This document shows, piece after piece, positions 28,175-38,049 of a DNA stretch of 54,519 nucleotides. The notes under the pieces are model-generated. The model was not told the DNA's origin, made no database searches, and saw only the letters and a program-made list of their open reading frames with translations. The translations under genes and the position numbers were made by a program. Position 1 is the stretch's first letter. Every line of letters begins with the position of its first letter. Source of the DNA: Actinomycetaceae bacterium (GTDB taxonomy: Bacteria; Actinomycetota; Actinomycetes; Actinomycetales; Actinomycetaceae); NCBI GenBank assembly GCA_017934115.1, contig JAGBKC010000025.1:1-54519 (forward strand), in the 5' to 3' direction.

Positions 28175-28959
28175 GGTTGCGTATTATAGGTTGCACGGGG
28201 TCGATGTCGGGCACAACTTCTCCTTCATCATCGTATCTTGTTGAGGCTGATGTGGTAGAAAACGGAGTAAAGAGAACCTATTCTTTAGTGATGGATCTGG
28301 GTTCGGGCGCTATGGGTTCATTGATGAAGTACATCGATCCGCGCAATATTGACGCTATTGCTTTTTCGCATCTTCATGCTGATCATTGTGTTGATATTGT
28401 TGGTATGCATGTGTATAGAAAATGGCACCCAGATGGTGAATTGCCGCAAATTCCTGTTTATTCTCCCGAAGATGGTAAGGCGCGTGTGCGTGGCATTGAT
28501 GGTGGAAATGTTGAAGATGAATATGATACTTTTCGATTTGAGCATGTAGAACATGGTTCTGTTTTCCATGTTGGGCCAATGACGGTTGAATGTTTTGATG
28601 CGTGGCACACTATTCCGGCGCTTGCTTTTCGCATTACCGGTCCTAGTGAAAATGGTGATGAGGAAGTTGTTCTCGTGTATACGGGAGATACTGACCTGTG
28701 TGATAGCGAGATTGATGCTGCGCGCGGTGCTGATTTGCTGCTTTGTGAGGCAGCTTTTGAAGATGGGCGTGATGAGTATCGCGGTGTTCATATGAATGGT
28801 GAGCGTGCTGGTATTTTAGCTCGTGAGGCTGATGTGAAACGTGTTGTACTGACTCATATACAACCTTGGACGAATTCTTCAGTAGTGGTAGAACATGCGA
28901 AAAAACAGTACGCTGGACCTCTTGAGTGTGCTGTTGTTGATAATCTCTATAGTCTGTGA
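28171..28959 (+). CDS. MBL-fold metallo-hydrolase (Rv1339-like, possible cyclic-nucleotide phosphodiesterase)
   Basis: 262 aa with FSHLHADHCVD and an ATGA overlap with murI. It occupies the same position as the MBL protein after murI in mycobacteria. Confidence 0.82.
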   Translation: MRLRIIGCTGSMSGTTSPSSSYLVEADVVENGVKRTYSLVMDLGSGAMGSLMKYIDPRNIDAIAFSHLHADHCVDIVGMHVYRKWHPDGELPQIPVYSPEDGKARVRGIDGGNVEDEYDTFRFEHVEHGSVFHVGPMTVECFDAWHTIPALAFRITGPSENGDEEVVLVYTGDTDLCDSEIDAARGADLLLCEAAFEDGRDEYRGVHMNGERAGILAREADVKRVVLTHIQPWTNSSVVVEHAKKQYAGPLECAVVDNLYSL

Positions 28960-29275
28960 ATATTGTCTTTGTGCTGTTCATGGTGGATATATATTTATTT
29001 TCTTCGTCCATCATGCCGATAATTTGCAAGAGAATAGGGAGATTGTTTCTGCTTTTATATTTCCATTCTATTGTTTGTTGTTGTGCTTAATACTGTGAGT
29101 TTCTTTCCGCTATCTGAAACAATGGTGGTTCTTGTGCGATTATGCGCAATAGTGCTTGCACTTGTCGGTTTTATAGGCATTATTGTTTTTTCATAGAAGT
29201 AATGGTGCATGAAAAAGAGGATATATTACTTAGGTAAAGATGCTTTCTAGAGTGGTTAAAAGCGGGAGTAGTTGA

Positions 29276-29290
29276 TTTTTTTTTTTTTTT
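29276..29290. repeat. T15 homopolymer (A15 on the minus strand) just downstream of the menE stop
   Basis: Counted directly: ...gttga TTTTTTTTTTTTTTT gatacatg. Confidence 0.95.
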
Positions 29291-29311
29291 GATACATGAA
29301 TGTGTAATAGG

Positions 29312-30478
29312 TTATGGTGCACTAAAATGCGCAGCTACAAGTGAATGTAACTGTTTTCTATCTATTTTGCCAGAATCAAGCATAGGAAAATCTTTTATGG
29401 CTAACTCGGCTAATGAGACTATGTGTTTAGGAAACCATCCTTTTTCGAGAATGTTTTTTGCTTTCGTGGAAGCATTCTCGTTGTGTGAATCTACAATGGC
29501 AATAACTTCTTCGCCCCATTGTGTACTTTTCATGCCAATAACATATACGCGTGTGTATCCGCATGTCATAAAGATATTCTCAACATGTTCAGGAATAACA
29601 GTGACTCCGCCAGTAGTGATAGCATTATCTGCACGTCCACGAATATGAAGTTTTTTGTTTTCGTCCATATAGCCAATGTCGCTAGTGGTGAAACTACCAT
29701 CAAAGATCTGTTTGTCGATATAGCCATATGCTACACACGAACCCTTGATATGTACGCGTTCATCTTTGGTGAAAGAAATTTTTGTATCTCCAATGGGTGT
29801 GCCATCGTACACGCATCCACCGGAGGTCTCGGTTGATCCGTATGTGGTGACAATGTGAATATTGAGAGATTGTGCTTGCTCAAGAAGTGTATTATCGATG
29901 GCGCTTCCACCTACGAGAACTCCATCAAGATGTTGTAAAATTGCGAGCGATTTTTTGTTGCTGATAAGGCGTTTTAACTGAATAGGAACAAGCGATATGT
30001 AAACGCGCCCGTTATGAGGAAAAAACTGTGTCGCTTCAATGAGTTCTTCTGGTTTTCCGTTACCTGCATAAATTGGTTTTTTCCCAGAGAGGAGAGAACG
30101 AAAAATCGTTTGAAAGCCAGCAATATGACTGCTTGGTAGGCATGATATCCATGTGCCGCTGCCACCTAAAAAATCATGTGTCGCGTGAGCGCTAGCTACA
30201 AGAGATGCAGTTGTATGGCCAACGAGCTTTCCACTTCCGCTAGTAGAACCTGAGGTGCGCATGGCGTAAGCAATGTCAGGAGGAAAAGCTATATGAGATA
30301 ATTCTTTTTCTAGCTCTTTTACTTGCTCTATTCTGTCTTCTGAAGGGGAATATAAAAACAAAGGACGCCGCTCAATGGCGCGCATACGTGCATCGATGGA
30401 ACGAACGGCGCGTGTAAAATCTTTATGTTGTGTTGAGCCAGGAACAAGAAGAGGGTGGTAGTTAGGTTGAATGTCCAT
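29312..30478 (-). CDS. menE: o-Succinylbenzoate-CoA ligase
   Basis: The AMP-binding motif is MRTSGSTSGSGKLV. The protein is short (388 aa) and directly downstream of menB. The start is chosen at MDIQPNY (ATG 30478); the ORF to 30541 would overlap menB. Confidence 0.8.
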   Translation of the reverse strand: MDIQPNYHPLLVPGSTQHKDFTRAVRSIDARMRAIERRPLFLYSPSEDRIEQVKELEKELSHIAFPPDIAYAMRTSGSTSGSGKLVGHTTASLVASAHATHDFLGGSGTWISCLPSSHIAGFQTIFRSLLSGKKPIYAGNGKPEELIEATQFFPHNGRVYISLVPIQLKRLISNKKSLAILQHLDGVLVGGSAIDNTLLEQAQSLNIHIVTTYGSTETSGGCVYDGTPIGDTKISFTKDERVHIKGSCVAYGYIDKQIFDGSFTTSDIGYMDENKKLHIRGRADNAITTGGVTVIPEHVENIFMTCGYTRVYVIGMKSTQWGEEVIAIVDSHNENASTKAKNILEKGWFPKHIVSLAELAIKDFPMLDSGKIDRKQLHSLVAAHFSAP

Positions 30479-30513
30479 GAATTTTCTTCCAAATGTATGT
30501 AGTTGTGAAAATT

Positions 30514-31449
30514 TTAGGCATAGTAAGGAAAATCGTTCCAATCGGGAGAACGTTTTTCAAGAAAAGCATTTCTTCCTTCACGTGCTTCGTCGGTCATATA
30601 GGCTAATCGTGTTGCCTCGCCGGCGAAAGCTTGCATCCCGGCAATGCCGTCATCAGTAGCATTAAAAGCAAGTTTAAGCATGCGAATCGCCTGAGGTGAT
30701 TTTGTGGAAATTATCTGCGCATATTCGAGTGCTTTATTTTCGAGTTCTTTATGGTCAACCGCTTCGTTAATGGCGCCCCATGCTTCAGCTTGCTGAGCAG
30801 AATATTCGCGCGCTAAAAAGAATATTTCTCGTGCGCGGCGATCTCCTACTTGGCGTGCAAGAAGCTGAGAACCGTATCCTGCATCAAAAGAGCCAACGTT
30901 GGCATCCACCTGCATGAATTTTGCATGTTCACGCGAGGCAACAGCTAAATCGCAGACAACGCCCAAGGAATGCCCGCCACCTGTTGCCCATCCAGGAATA
31001 GCGGCAATAACAACTTTTGGCATGTAGCGAATAAGTTTTTGTACTTCTAGAATGTGAAGACGACCGTTTCCGCCGCTTTTGTATTCATATCCTTCTTTGC
31101 CACGTACGCGTTGATCGCCGCCAGAACAAAAACTCCATACTCCATCTTTTGGTGAAGGGCCATTAGCGGTAAGAATAACGCTTCCTACAGTTGAGTCGAG
31201 GCGTGCGTGGTCAAGTGCAGTGTAGAGCTCATCAACGGTTTCAGGGCGAAAAGCGTTGCGTACTTCTGGGCGGTTAAAAGCAATGCGTACAACAGGGCGA
31301 TCAGTGCATGTGGGATTTTCGCCTTCGCCTGAGCGTGTTACTCCTCGGTGATAGGTGATATCAGAAAAAGAAAACTCGGGAATATCTCGCCATAACTGTG
31401 GATCAAAAATTTCTGATACTTGTGTAGGTAAAGGTGGTAAAGAACTCAT
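30514..31449 (-). CDS. menB: 1,4-dihydroxy-2-naphthoyl-CoA synthase
   Basis: 311 aa with the crotonase fold and MenB-typical segments (FCSGGDQRVRG, WATGGGHSLGVVCDL, KRSPDW). Confidence 0.94.
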   Translation of the reverse strand: MSSLPPLPTQVSEIFDPQLWRDIPEFSFSDITYHRGVTRSGEGENPTCTDRPVVRIAFNRPEVRNAFRPETVDELYTALDHARLDSTVGSVILTANGPSPKDGVWSFCSGGDQRVRGKEGYEYKSGGNGRLHILEVQKLIRYMPKVVIAAIPGWATGGGHSLGVVCDLAVASREHAKFMQVDANVGSFDAGYGSQLLARQVGDRRAREIFFLAREYSAQQAEAWGAINEAVDHKELENKALEYAQIISTKSPQAIRMLKLAFNATDDGIAGMQAFAGEATRLAYMTDEAREGRNAFLEKRSPDWNDFPYYA

Positions 31450-31529
31450 GGTGTATATTGTAGAGAGTAAAAGTTATTGGTGTGCATTTGGTGAGATATT
31501 CCGATGTGTCTTCGAGAAGAAGGGGATAG

Positions 31530-32786
31530 ATGGAAGACCTATCACGTTCTCATGACGATGAAAAGAATATACGCGAGTATCTCAATGAAAAAGATAATTC
31601 TACTTTTGACAATCATGTAGATGAAGTTGTTGATTCTTTTACTGAACTGGAATATTTTGGCAAAAGAGAATTATCGGCCGATAATGAGAATTTTTCTTCT
31701 AAATCTGAGAAAAAAACATATATGCCAGGAATTTTTACTCTTTTTATTTCGGCATTTTTAAGTGCCACCATTGCTTTGAGTGGTGCATATGTGCTGATAG
31801 ATCATAATATTATCACTTTGGGGCCTCGTCATTCTTCTCCTACTGTTGGCGAGACTGGTGAAGCGATCGTTCATGAATATATGGCTTCACCTCATTGGGT
31901 TCAGGTTGCTCAAGCTGTGCGCCCTTCTACGGTATCTGTAAGGGCGTTAACTGATGGTGAAGGTTCGCAGGGTGCTGGTTTTATTGTTAGTGATCAGGGA
32001 GTTGTTGTAACGAATGCACACGTTATCAATGGTCAACAGAGTATTTCTGTTCAACTTGATTCTGGTGTTATTTATGAAGCTAAAGTTGTAGGTAGTGATT
32101 CTTTTTTTGATGTTGCAGTTGTGCGTATGGTCAATCCTCCCAGTGATATCGTGCCTGTGTCTTTAGGAGATTCTTCTGTGCTTGTTGCTGGTCAGGCTGT
32201 TGCTACTATGGGAAATCCTTTAGGTTTATCTCAGTCGATGACAACGGGAGTCATTTCGGCTCTTGATCGCCCGGTATCAATGGGCGACGCTGATACTTCC
32301 ACTATTGTGAATGCCATACAAACTGATGCTCCGACTAATTCGGGAAATTCTGGTGGAGCATTGATTGATGGTCAAGGCCGCGTCATAGGGATGATGAGCG
32401 CTAAAGCAACCAGTTCCGATTCTGCTAATGGGCAAACGGCAACAGGTATTGGGTTTGCTCTGCCTATTAATTTAGTCAAGAGTGTTGCTCGTCAGCTTCT
32501 TGATGGCAAGAAAGCTACGCATGCTTCTTTGGATGTTTCTTCGAGTTCTGTATGGATCAAAGCTGGGAATATTTCACAATTAGGGGCGCGCATTACTCGC
32601 ACTGGTCAGAAAGCAAAAAATGCCGGCTTGCGTGTTGATGATACTGTTATTGCTTTGAATAAAAAGGCAATCGTTGGCGAAAATTCTCTCATTGGATCTG
32701 TTTCGTTATACCAGCCAGGTGATGTTGTTACATTGACGATCGTGCGAGGTATGGAAACTCTTGACGTAGACATACAATTGCAATGA
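31530..32786 (+). CDS. Membrane-anchored trypsin-like serine protease with C-terminal PDZ domain (HtrA/DegP family)
   Basis: It has an N-terminal TM helix (IFTLFISAFLSATIALSGAYVLI), the catalytic VVTNAHV...D...TNSGNSGGAL, and a PDZ-like C-terminus. Confidence 0.85.
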   Translation: MEDLSRSHDDEKNIREYLNEKDNSTFDNHVDEVVDSFTELEYFGKRELSADNENFSSKSEKKTYMPGIFTLFISAFLSATIALSGAYVLIDHNIITLGPRHSSPTVGETGEAIVHEYMASPHWVQVAQAVRPSTVSVRALTDGEGSQGAGFIVSDQGVVVTNAHVINGQQSISVQLDSGVIYEAKVVGSDSFFDVAVVRMVNPPSDIVPVSLGDSSVLVAGQAVATMGNPLGLSQSMTTGVISALDRPVSMGDADTSTIVNAIQTDAPTNSGNSGGALIDGQGRVIGMMSAKATSSDSANGQTATGIGFALPINLVKSVARQLLDGKKATHASLDVSSSSVWIKAGNISQLGARITRTGQKAKNAGLRVDDTVIALNKKAIVGENSLIGSVSLYQPGDVVTLTIVRGMETLDVDIQLQ

Positions 32787-32984
32787 AATTTTATTACCCA
32801 TGCGGGTATAAAACGTTGTTTTATGTATGTTTTTGTGAAAAAGCGGTGCGCTTAATTAAAAAACAAAAATGTTTTGAAAAACCTATTTTATATACCGATT
32901 TTTCTTTTATTATCTGTCTACACTAAGGACTGTATGTGTCGATCGGAAAACATCCGTAAGACATGTATTGTGGAAGGAAAAAAT

Positions 32985-34253
32985 ATGTCACACATATCTG
33001 AAGTTCTGGTTGTTGGTGCTGGTCCGGCTGGTTCTTCAGTAGCATATTATCTTTCGTGTTTGGGTGTGCGTGTGCATGTTATTGAAAAGGCTAAGTTTCC
33101 TCGCGATAAAATTTGTGGTGATGGTTTAACTCCCCGCGCTGTTACTGAGCTTGTGCGTATGGGGATCGATATTTCTGATCACAAACAATGGCCACGTAAC
33201 TATGGAATTCGAGCTTATGGTGCTGGCCATACTATTGAGGTCCCATGGCCAGAACTATCGTCAATGCCTAATTATGGTCTTGCAAAAAGACGCAAAGAAC
33301 TTGATCATCTACTTATTCAACGTGCAGTTTCGGCAGGTGCAACTTTGGATGAAGAAACTGTTGTTACTGCACCTATTCTTCATGAGCGCACTGGTTGCGT
33401 TATCGGTGTGAAAGCACGAAAAAAAACAACTAAAGAAGAAGTGTCGTATTATGCGCGTCTTATTGTGGATGCAGGCGGTGTTGCCGCTCGTTTGGCTACT
33501 TCTTTAGGGCGCGTGCAAAATCAATCTCGCCCTATGGGTGTGGCACATCGAACGTATATAAAGAGCCCTCTTGCTGCAACCGATATGATGGAAAGTCAGT
33601 TAGAGCTGTGGGAAGGAAAGGCTGGTCAATCTGCCATTGCTCCTGGTTATGGGTGGGCGTGGCCTGTGTCAGATTCTGTTGTCAATGTGGGTCTTGGATC
33701 TTTAAGTTCTCATGGCGCTCCTAAGGGTATGGATTATCGTTCCATGTTCGCCACATGGATGGAGAACGCGCCAAAAGAATGGGAATTTACTGAAGAAAAT
33801 CAGCTTGAACCTTTGCGTGGCGCTGCCTTGCCTATGGGGTTTAATCGCAAACCTTTGTATGAGCGCGGCCTTCTTCTTGTCGGTGATGCTGGTGGCATGG
33901 TTTCTCCTTTTAATGGTGAAGGAATTGCCTATGCTTTGCAATCTGGGCGTGTAGCTGCTGATATTATTGCGCAGGCACTTTCACGTACTTCAACTGTCGC
34001 ATTTCAAAAAACGTTAGAAGAATACCCTAAGTTCATGAAGAATGAACTTGGGGGTTATTACACTATGGGGCGTATTTTTGCCTATCTCATTGAAAAACCT
34101 GTTGTTATGCAAGCGTGTGTGAAATATGGGCTTCCCCGCCCAATGTTGATGCGTCTAGTGATGAAGTTGCTTTCAGATGCATACGACAAAAATGGCGGTG
34201 ATTGGATGGATAGACTTATTGCTACTCTCGCAAAGGTGGTGCCTGGGGCGTGA
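32985..34253 (+). CDS. Geranylgeranyl reductase family flavoprotein (MenJ-like menaquinone side-chain reductase)
   Basis: ATG 32985 follows GGAAGGA. It carries VLVVGAGPAGSS (FAD) and GDAGGMVSPFNGEGI, and sits directly upstream of nuoA as in many actinobacteria. Confidence 0.82.
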   Translation: MSHISEVLVVGAGPAGSSVAYYLSCLGVRVHVIEKAKFPRDKICGDGLTPRAVTELVRMGIDISDHKQWPRNYGIRAYGAGHTIEVPWPELSSMPNYGLAKRRKELDHLLIQRAVSAGATLDEETVVTAPILHERTGCVIGVKARKKTTKEEVSYYARLIVDAGGVAARLATSLGRVQNQSRPMGVAHRTYIKSPLAATDMMESQLELWEGKAGQSAIAPGYGWAWPVSDSVVNVGLGSLSSHGAPKGMDYRSMFATWMENAPKEWEFTEENQLEPLRGAALPMGFNRKPLYERGLLLVGDAGGMVSPFNGEGIAYALQSGRVAADIIAQALSRTSTVAFQKTLEEYPKFMKNELGGYYTMGRIFAYLIEKPVVMQACVKYGLPRPMLMRLVMKLLSDAYDKNGGDWMDRLIATLAKVVPGA

Positions 34254-34347
34254 TATGCAATGAAAACGGAAAATCAAAGTATGAAAGCGAAAATGTTTGT
34301 TTTCATTTTTGTACTTTTTTGACATTAGGAGAGCAGGTGCTAAGAAA

Positions 34348-34716
34348 GTGAATCCGTATGTACCTCTGTTGGTGATGATTCTTGTTGCCATTGGAATGGC
34401 AATTGCTGGAATCGTTACGTCTGAACTTCTTGGAAAGCTAACTGCAAATCGTTTCAATAAAGTGAAGAACTTAAGCTACGAATGCGGTGTTGAGCCAACA
34501 CCAGCAGCTGAGGGTGCAGGGCGTTTTCCGGTGAAGTACTACATAACAGCCATGATTTTTATCATTTTCGATATTGACGTTATGTTCCTTTATCCGTGGT
34601 CAGTCACCTTTGAACAATTAGGGTTATGGGGATTGATCGATATGCTCGTATTCCTTGTTCTGATGACTCTTCCTTTCGTTTTTGTCTGGCGCCGTGGCGG
34701 CCTCGAATGGGATTAG
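34348..34716 (+). CDS. nuoA: NADH-quinone oxidoreductase subunit A
   Basis: The GTG start gives 122 aa: NPYVPLLVMILVA...YECG.EP...FDIDVMFLYPW. Confidence 0.88.
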   Translation: MNPYVPLLVMILVAIGMAIAGIVTSELLGKLTANRFNKVKNLSYECGVEPTPAAEGAGRFPVKYYITAMIFIIFDIDVMFLYPWSVTFEQLGLWGLIDMLVFLVLMTLPFVFVWRRGGLEWD

Positions 34717-34731
34717 AAAGAAGGATGATAA

Positions 34732-35301
34732 ATGAAATCTCCTAACAATTTAAGTAGTGACCAGGGGTTTATCCTCACAACAGTTGAGGATCTTGTTAAC
34801 TGGTCTTTTACACGTTCTACATGGCCTGTAACCATGGGTTTGGCGTGCTGTTCGATTGAGATGATGGCCTTCGGTGGTGCTCCTCGATTTGATTCAGCTC
34901 GTTTTGGTATGGAAGTTTTCCGTGCATCTCCGCGTCAGGCAGATTTGATGCTTGTCAACGGCCGTATCAATCAAAAGATGGCCCCAGTCGTACGCGACAT
35001 TTACGACCAGATGGCTGATCCAAAATGGGTGATTTCCATGGGCGCATGTGCATGTTCGGGTGGTTTGTTCAATAATTACGCTGTTGTTCAGGGCTCTGAC
35101 CACGTTGTTCCTGTTGATATTTATTTGCCTGGATGTCCGCCACGTCCAGATGCTCTTATCTATGCTGTTTTAGAATTGCGTAAGCGCATTCAGGCTGATC
35201 ATCACTTGACAAAGGCAGGACGTGAAGCTGCTATTCGCGCAGCAGAAGAAGCTGCTTTGAAAGCAACGCCGACATTCGAGATGAAAGGGTTGCTCGCATG
35301 A
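34732..35301 (+). CDS. nuoB: NADH-quinone oxidoreductase subunit B
   Basis: GLACCSIEM...GACACSGG...LPGCPPRP (N2 cluster ligands). Confidence 0.96.
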   Translation: MKSPNNLSSDQGFILTTVEDLVNWSFTRSTWPVTMGLACCSIEMMAFGGAPRFDSARFGMEVFRASPRQADLMLVNGRINQKMAPVVRDIYDQMADPKWVISMGACACSGGLFNNYAVVQGSDHVVPVDIYLPGCPPRPDALIYAVLELRKRIQADHHLTKAGREAAIRAAEEAALKATPTFEMKGLLA

Positions 35302-36023
35302 GTGAAGTAGAAGAAGTCCAAGAGGCTCCAGAAGTGCAGACGCCTGCTATTTTTGGCAGTTACCCTCAGCCAGAACTGATTCGTGAAGTTCGTGGAATGT
35401 GGGGAGCTAAAGGATCGGGCGATACCTCTGGTTTTACGGGCTTAGAGAAAACTGAAGAATTTGCGCGCCCAGCTGTTGCTCCTTATGGTGGCTGGTTTGA
35501 TGATGTTGTCGCTGCATTGCGTGAAGATCTCGAATCAGATGGCATAACAGACGCAATCGAAAAGATCGTTGTTGAAAACGGTCAGCTTGTTATTTTTGTT
35601 AAGCGTGAACATTTGCGTACAGTCATGCAGAATTTACGTGATGATCAAGATCTTCGTTTTGAAATGTGTCTTGGTGTTTCAGCTGTTCATTACCCAAACA
35701 GCAAGGGGCGTGAATTACACGGATACTATCCTTTGCTTTCTATTACCCATAATCGTTTTATTGCTGTCGAAACAACATGTCCTGAAGAAGACCCACATCT
35801 TCCGTCTGTTGTGTCTATTTATCCAGGTAACGATTGGTTTGAATGTGAAGCATGGGATTTGATGGGCATTATTTTTGATGAACACCCAGGTCTTGTGCGT
35901 ATGGCAATGCCTGATGATTGGGTGGGGCATCCGCAGCGTAAAGATTATCCACTTGGTGGCGTTCCTGTTGATTATAAAGGTGCTGTAACACCACCATCAG
36001 ATACACGGAGGGAGTATAACTAA
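35298..36023 (+). CDS. nuoC: NADH-quinone oxidoreductase subunit C
   Basis: 241 aa with an ATGA overlap with nuoB and the ...[18 protein letters not shown] motif. Confidence 0.93.
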   Translation: MSEVEEVQEAPEVQTPAIFGSYPQPELIREVRGMWGAKGSGDTSGFTGLEKTEEFARPAVAPYGGWFDDVVAALREDLESDGITDAIEKIVVENGQLVIFVKREHLRTVMQNLRDDQDLRFEMCLGVSAVHYPNSKGRELHGYYPLLSITHNRFIAVETTCPEEDPHLPSVVSIYPGNDWFECEAWDLMGIIFDEHPGLVRMAMPDDWVGHPQRKDYPLGGVPVDYKGAVTPPSDTRREYN

Positions 36024-37372
36024 TGACTACTCCAGAATTTCATGCGACTCGTGGTGTAACAGATGCAGAAATAGAAGGTTTACCTGCTTTTACATCGATG
36101 GGTGGCGATTGGTCGAATATTTCTGAAGAAGTTGTCCAGCTTGCCCAAGATCGTATTGTGATGAACCTCGGTCCTGTTCATCCGTCAACACACGGTGTTT
36201 TACGTCTTGTATGTGAACTTGATGGTGAATATGTGCGTCAAGTGGAAGCACAAACAGGTTTCTTGCATACGGGCATTGAAAAATCAATGGAATACCGTAC
36301 ATGGACTCAGGGCGTTGCCTATGCAACTCGTATGGATTACGTTGCATCGATTTTCCAAGAAGTGGGCTACTGCTTAGCAGTTGAAAAACTCCTTGGAATT
36401 GAAGACCGTATTCCGAAACGCGCCAATGTTATTCGCGTTATGCTGATGGAATTGCAACGTCTAGCATCGCATTACATCGCTATTGGTTCGTCTTTCAATG
36501 AACTTGGCGCAACGACAATGATGACTCTCGCTCTTCGTGGCCGCGAAGACGTTTTCCGTATTCTTGAACGTATCACTGGTCAGCGCATGAATAATTCTTT
36601 CATGCGCCCAGGCGGTGTTTTGGAAGACGTTGATCCAGGATGCACTGATTATATTCGCGAACTTCTTCCAAAGATTCGTCTTGCATGTGATGAAATGTTT
36701 GGAATTGTGGGTGCTAACCCTATTGTTGTTTCGCGCTGTAAAGATGTGGCAGTCTTGTCGCTTCCAGCTTTGGTGGCTTTGGGTCAAACGGGTCCTGGCA
36801 TCCGCGCAGCTGGTGTGCCGCTCGATTTGCGTAAGACAATGCCATACTGCGATTACGAAACATATGAATTTGACGTTCCTGTTTACGATAAATCTGATGC
36901 TTTGAACCGTACATATGTTCGTTTTGATGAAATGTTCCAGTCGATTCGCATTATTTACCAGTGTGTTGAGCGACTTGAAAAGACTGTTGGCGATCCTGTC
37001 ATGATTGATGATAAGAAGATCGCATGGCCAGCAAAATTGGCTCTCGGCGAAGATGGTCAAGGAACTGATCCAGAGCATGTCAAGCGCATTATGGGTACAA
37101 ACATGGAAGAACTCATTCATCACTTCAAGATGGCGACCGAAGGTTTCCGTGTTCCTGCGGGCCAGGGTTTCGCAATGATTGAACATGCAAAAGGTATTTG
37201 GGGATGTCACGCTGTTTCTGATGGTGGTAATCGCCCATACCGAATCCATGTTGATGATCCTAGCTATCGTAATCTTCAAGGTATGTCGATGATGGCTGAA
37301 GGTGGCTTGATCGCTGACGCTATTGTTGCACTTGCTGTTATTGACCCAGTTATGGGAGGTGTTGATCGCTAA
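36023..37372 (+). CDS. nuoD: NADH-quinone oxidoreductase subunit D
   Basis: 449 aa with LNLGPVHPSTHGVLRL and a TAATG junction. Confidence 0.96.
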   Translation: MTTPEFHATRGVTDAEIEGLPAFTSMGGDWSNISEEVVQLAQDRIVMNLGPVHPSTHGVLRLVCELDGEYVRQVEAQTGFLHTGIEKSMEYRTWTQGVAYATRMDYVASIFQEVGYCLAVEKLLGIEDRIPKRANVIRVMLMELQRLASHYIAIGSSFNELGATTMMTLALRGREDVFRILERITGQRMNNSFMRPGGVLEDVDPGCTDYIRELLPKIRLACDEMFGIVGANPIVVSRCKDVAVLSLPALVALGQTGPGIRAAGVPLDLRKTMPYCDYETYEFDVPVYDKSDALNRTYVRFDEMFQSIRIIYQCVERLEKTVGDPVMIDDKKIAWPAKLALGEDGQGTDPEHVKRIMGTNMEELIHHFKMATEGFRVPAGQGFAMIEHAKGIWGCHAVSDGGNRPYRIHVDDPSYRNLQGMSMMAEGGLIADAIVALAVIDPVMGGVDR

Positions 37373-38049
37373 TGGCAACCAGTTATTCTCCAGAAGTAGA
37401 AGCGCAGTTACGTGCCGACTGTGAAGAGATTAAATCTCGTTATCCTGTTGCGCGTTCTGCTTTGATGCCGATTTTGCATCTTATACAGTCTGTTGATGGT
37501 TTTGTGAGCCCTCGCGGTATTGTGCTCGCCGCTGAAGTTCTTGATTTGACTCGTGCAGAAGTATCTGCTGTTGCAACTTTCTATAGCCAGTACCGCCGTC
37601 ATCCAAATGGTGAATATAATGTTGGCGTTTGTACAAATGCTCTTTGCGCTGTTATGGGTGGCGATGTCATCTGGGATACCTTAACGGAGTATCTCGGTGT
37701 TGGTATGGATGAAACAACCGAAGACGGCAAAATTACTTTGGAAGCGCTTGAATGTAACGCAGGATGCGATTATGCCCCTGTCATTATGGTCAACTGGGAG
37801 TTTTTCGATAACCAAACTCCTGAGAGTGCAAAACAACTTGTTGACGACATTCGTGCTGGAAAAGATATTCACCCAACACGTGGCCCTCAAATTGCTCATA
37901 CCTTCAAAGAAAATGAACGCGTGCTTGCAGGTTTTGAAGACGGACACGTTGATGAAGGTCCATCTGCTGGTCCGGCATCCTTGCGTGGTTTGAAGATCGC
38001 CCGTGAAAACGGGTGGACAGCACCTCAAAAGAAAGGAGGGGAGCAGTGA
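37372..38049 (+). CDS. nuoE: NADH-quinone oxidoreductase subunit E
   Basis: 2Fe-2S ligands CTNALCAV...CNAGCDYAP. Confidence 0.94.
   Translation: MATSYSPEVEAQLRADCEEIKSRYPVARSALMPILHLIQSVDGFVSPRGIVLAAEVLDLTRAEVSAVATFYSQYRRHPNGEYNVGVCTNALCAVMGGDVIWDTLTEYLGVGMDETTEDGKITLEALECNAGCDYAPVIMVNWEFFDNQTPESAKQLVDDIRAGKDIHPTRGPQIAHTFKENERVLAGFEDGHVDEGPSAGPASLRGLKIARENGWTAPQKKGGEQ

Noticed and set aside
28895-29098. 67-aa plus-strand ORF overlapping the end of the MBL gene
   Set aside because: It is out of frame with the MBL gene, lacks an RBS, and its composition is that of translated AT-rich spacer.
30479-30541. Upstream extension of menE
   Set aside because: It overlaps the 3' end of menB, and the extra residues (MERFSLLCLKFSQLHTFGRKF) do not look like MenE.
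32874-32984. TTG-initiated 37-codon extension of the geranylgeranyl reductase ORF
   Set aside because: The FAD-binding motif should lie near the N-terminus, and ATG 32985 has a good GGAAGGA RBS. The extension resembles translated AT-rich intergenic sequence.
34260-34322. 20-codon ORF (MKTENQSMKAKMFVFIFVLF), ATGAAA(A/G)CG..AAAAT direct repeats and an ATGAAA-N14-TTTCAT symmetry upstream of nuoA; considered as a Rex (TTGTGAA-N6-TTCACAA) site or leader peptide
   Set aside because: There is no RBS. The symmetry does not match the Rex consensus in sequence or spacing. In AT-rich sequence such matches are easily produced by chance.
36461-37378. 305-aa ORF on the minus strand
   Set aside because: It is antisense to nuoD, which is unambiguous. 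There are no recognisable motifs and no RBS.
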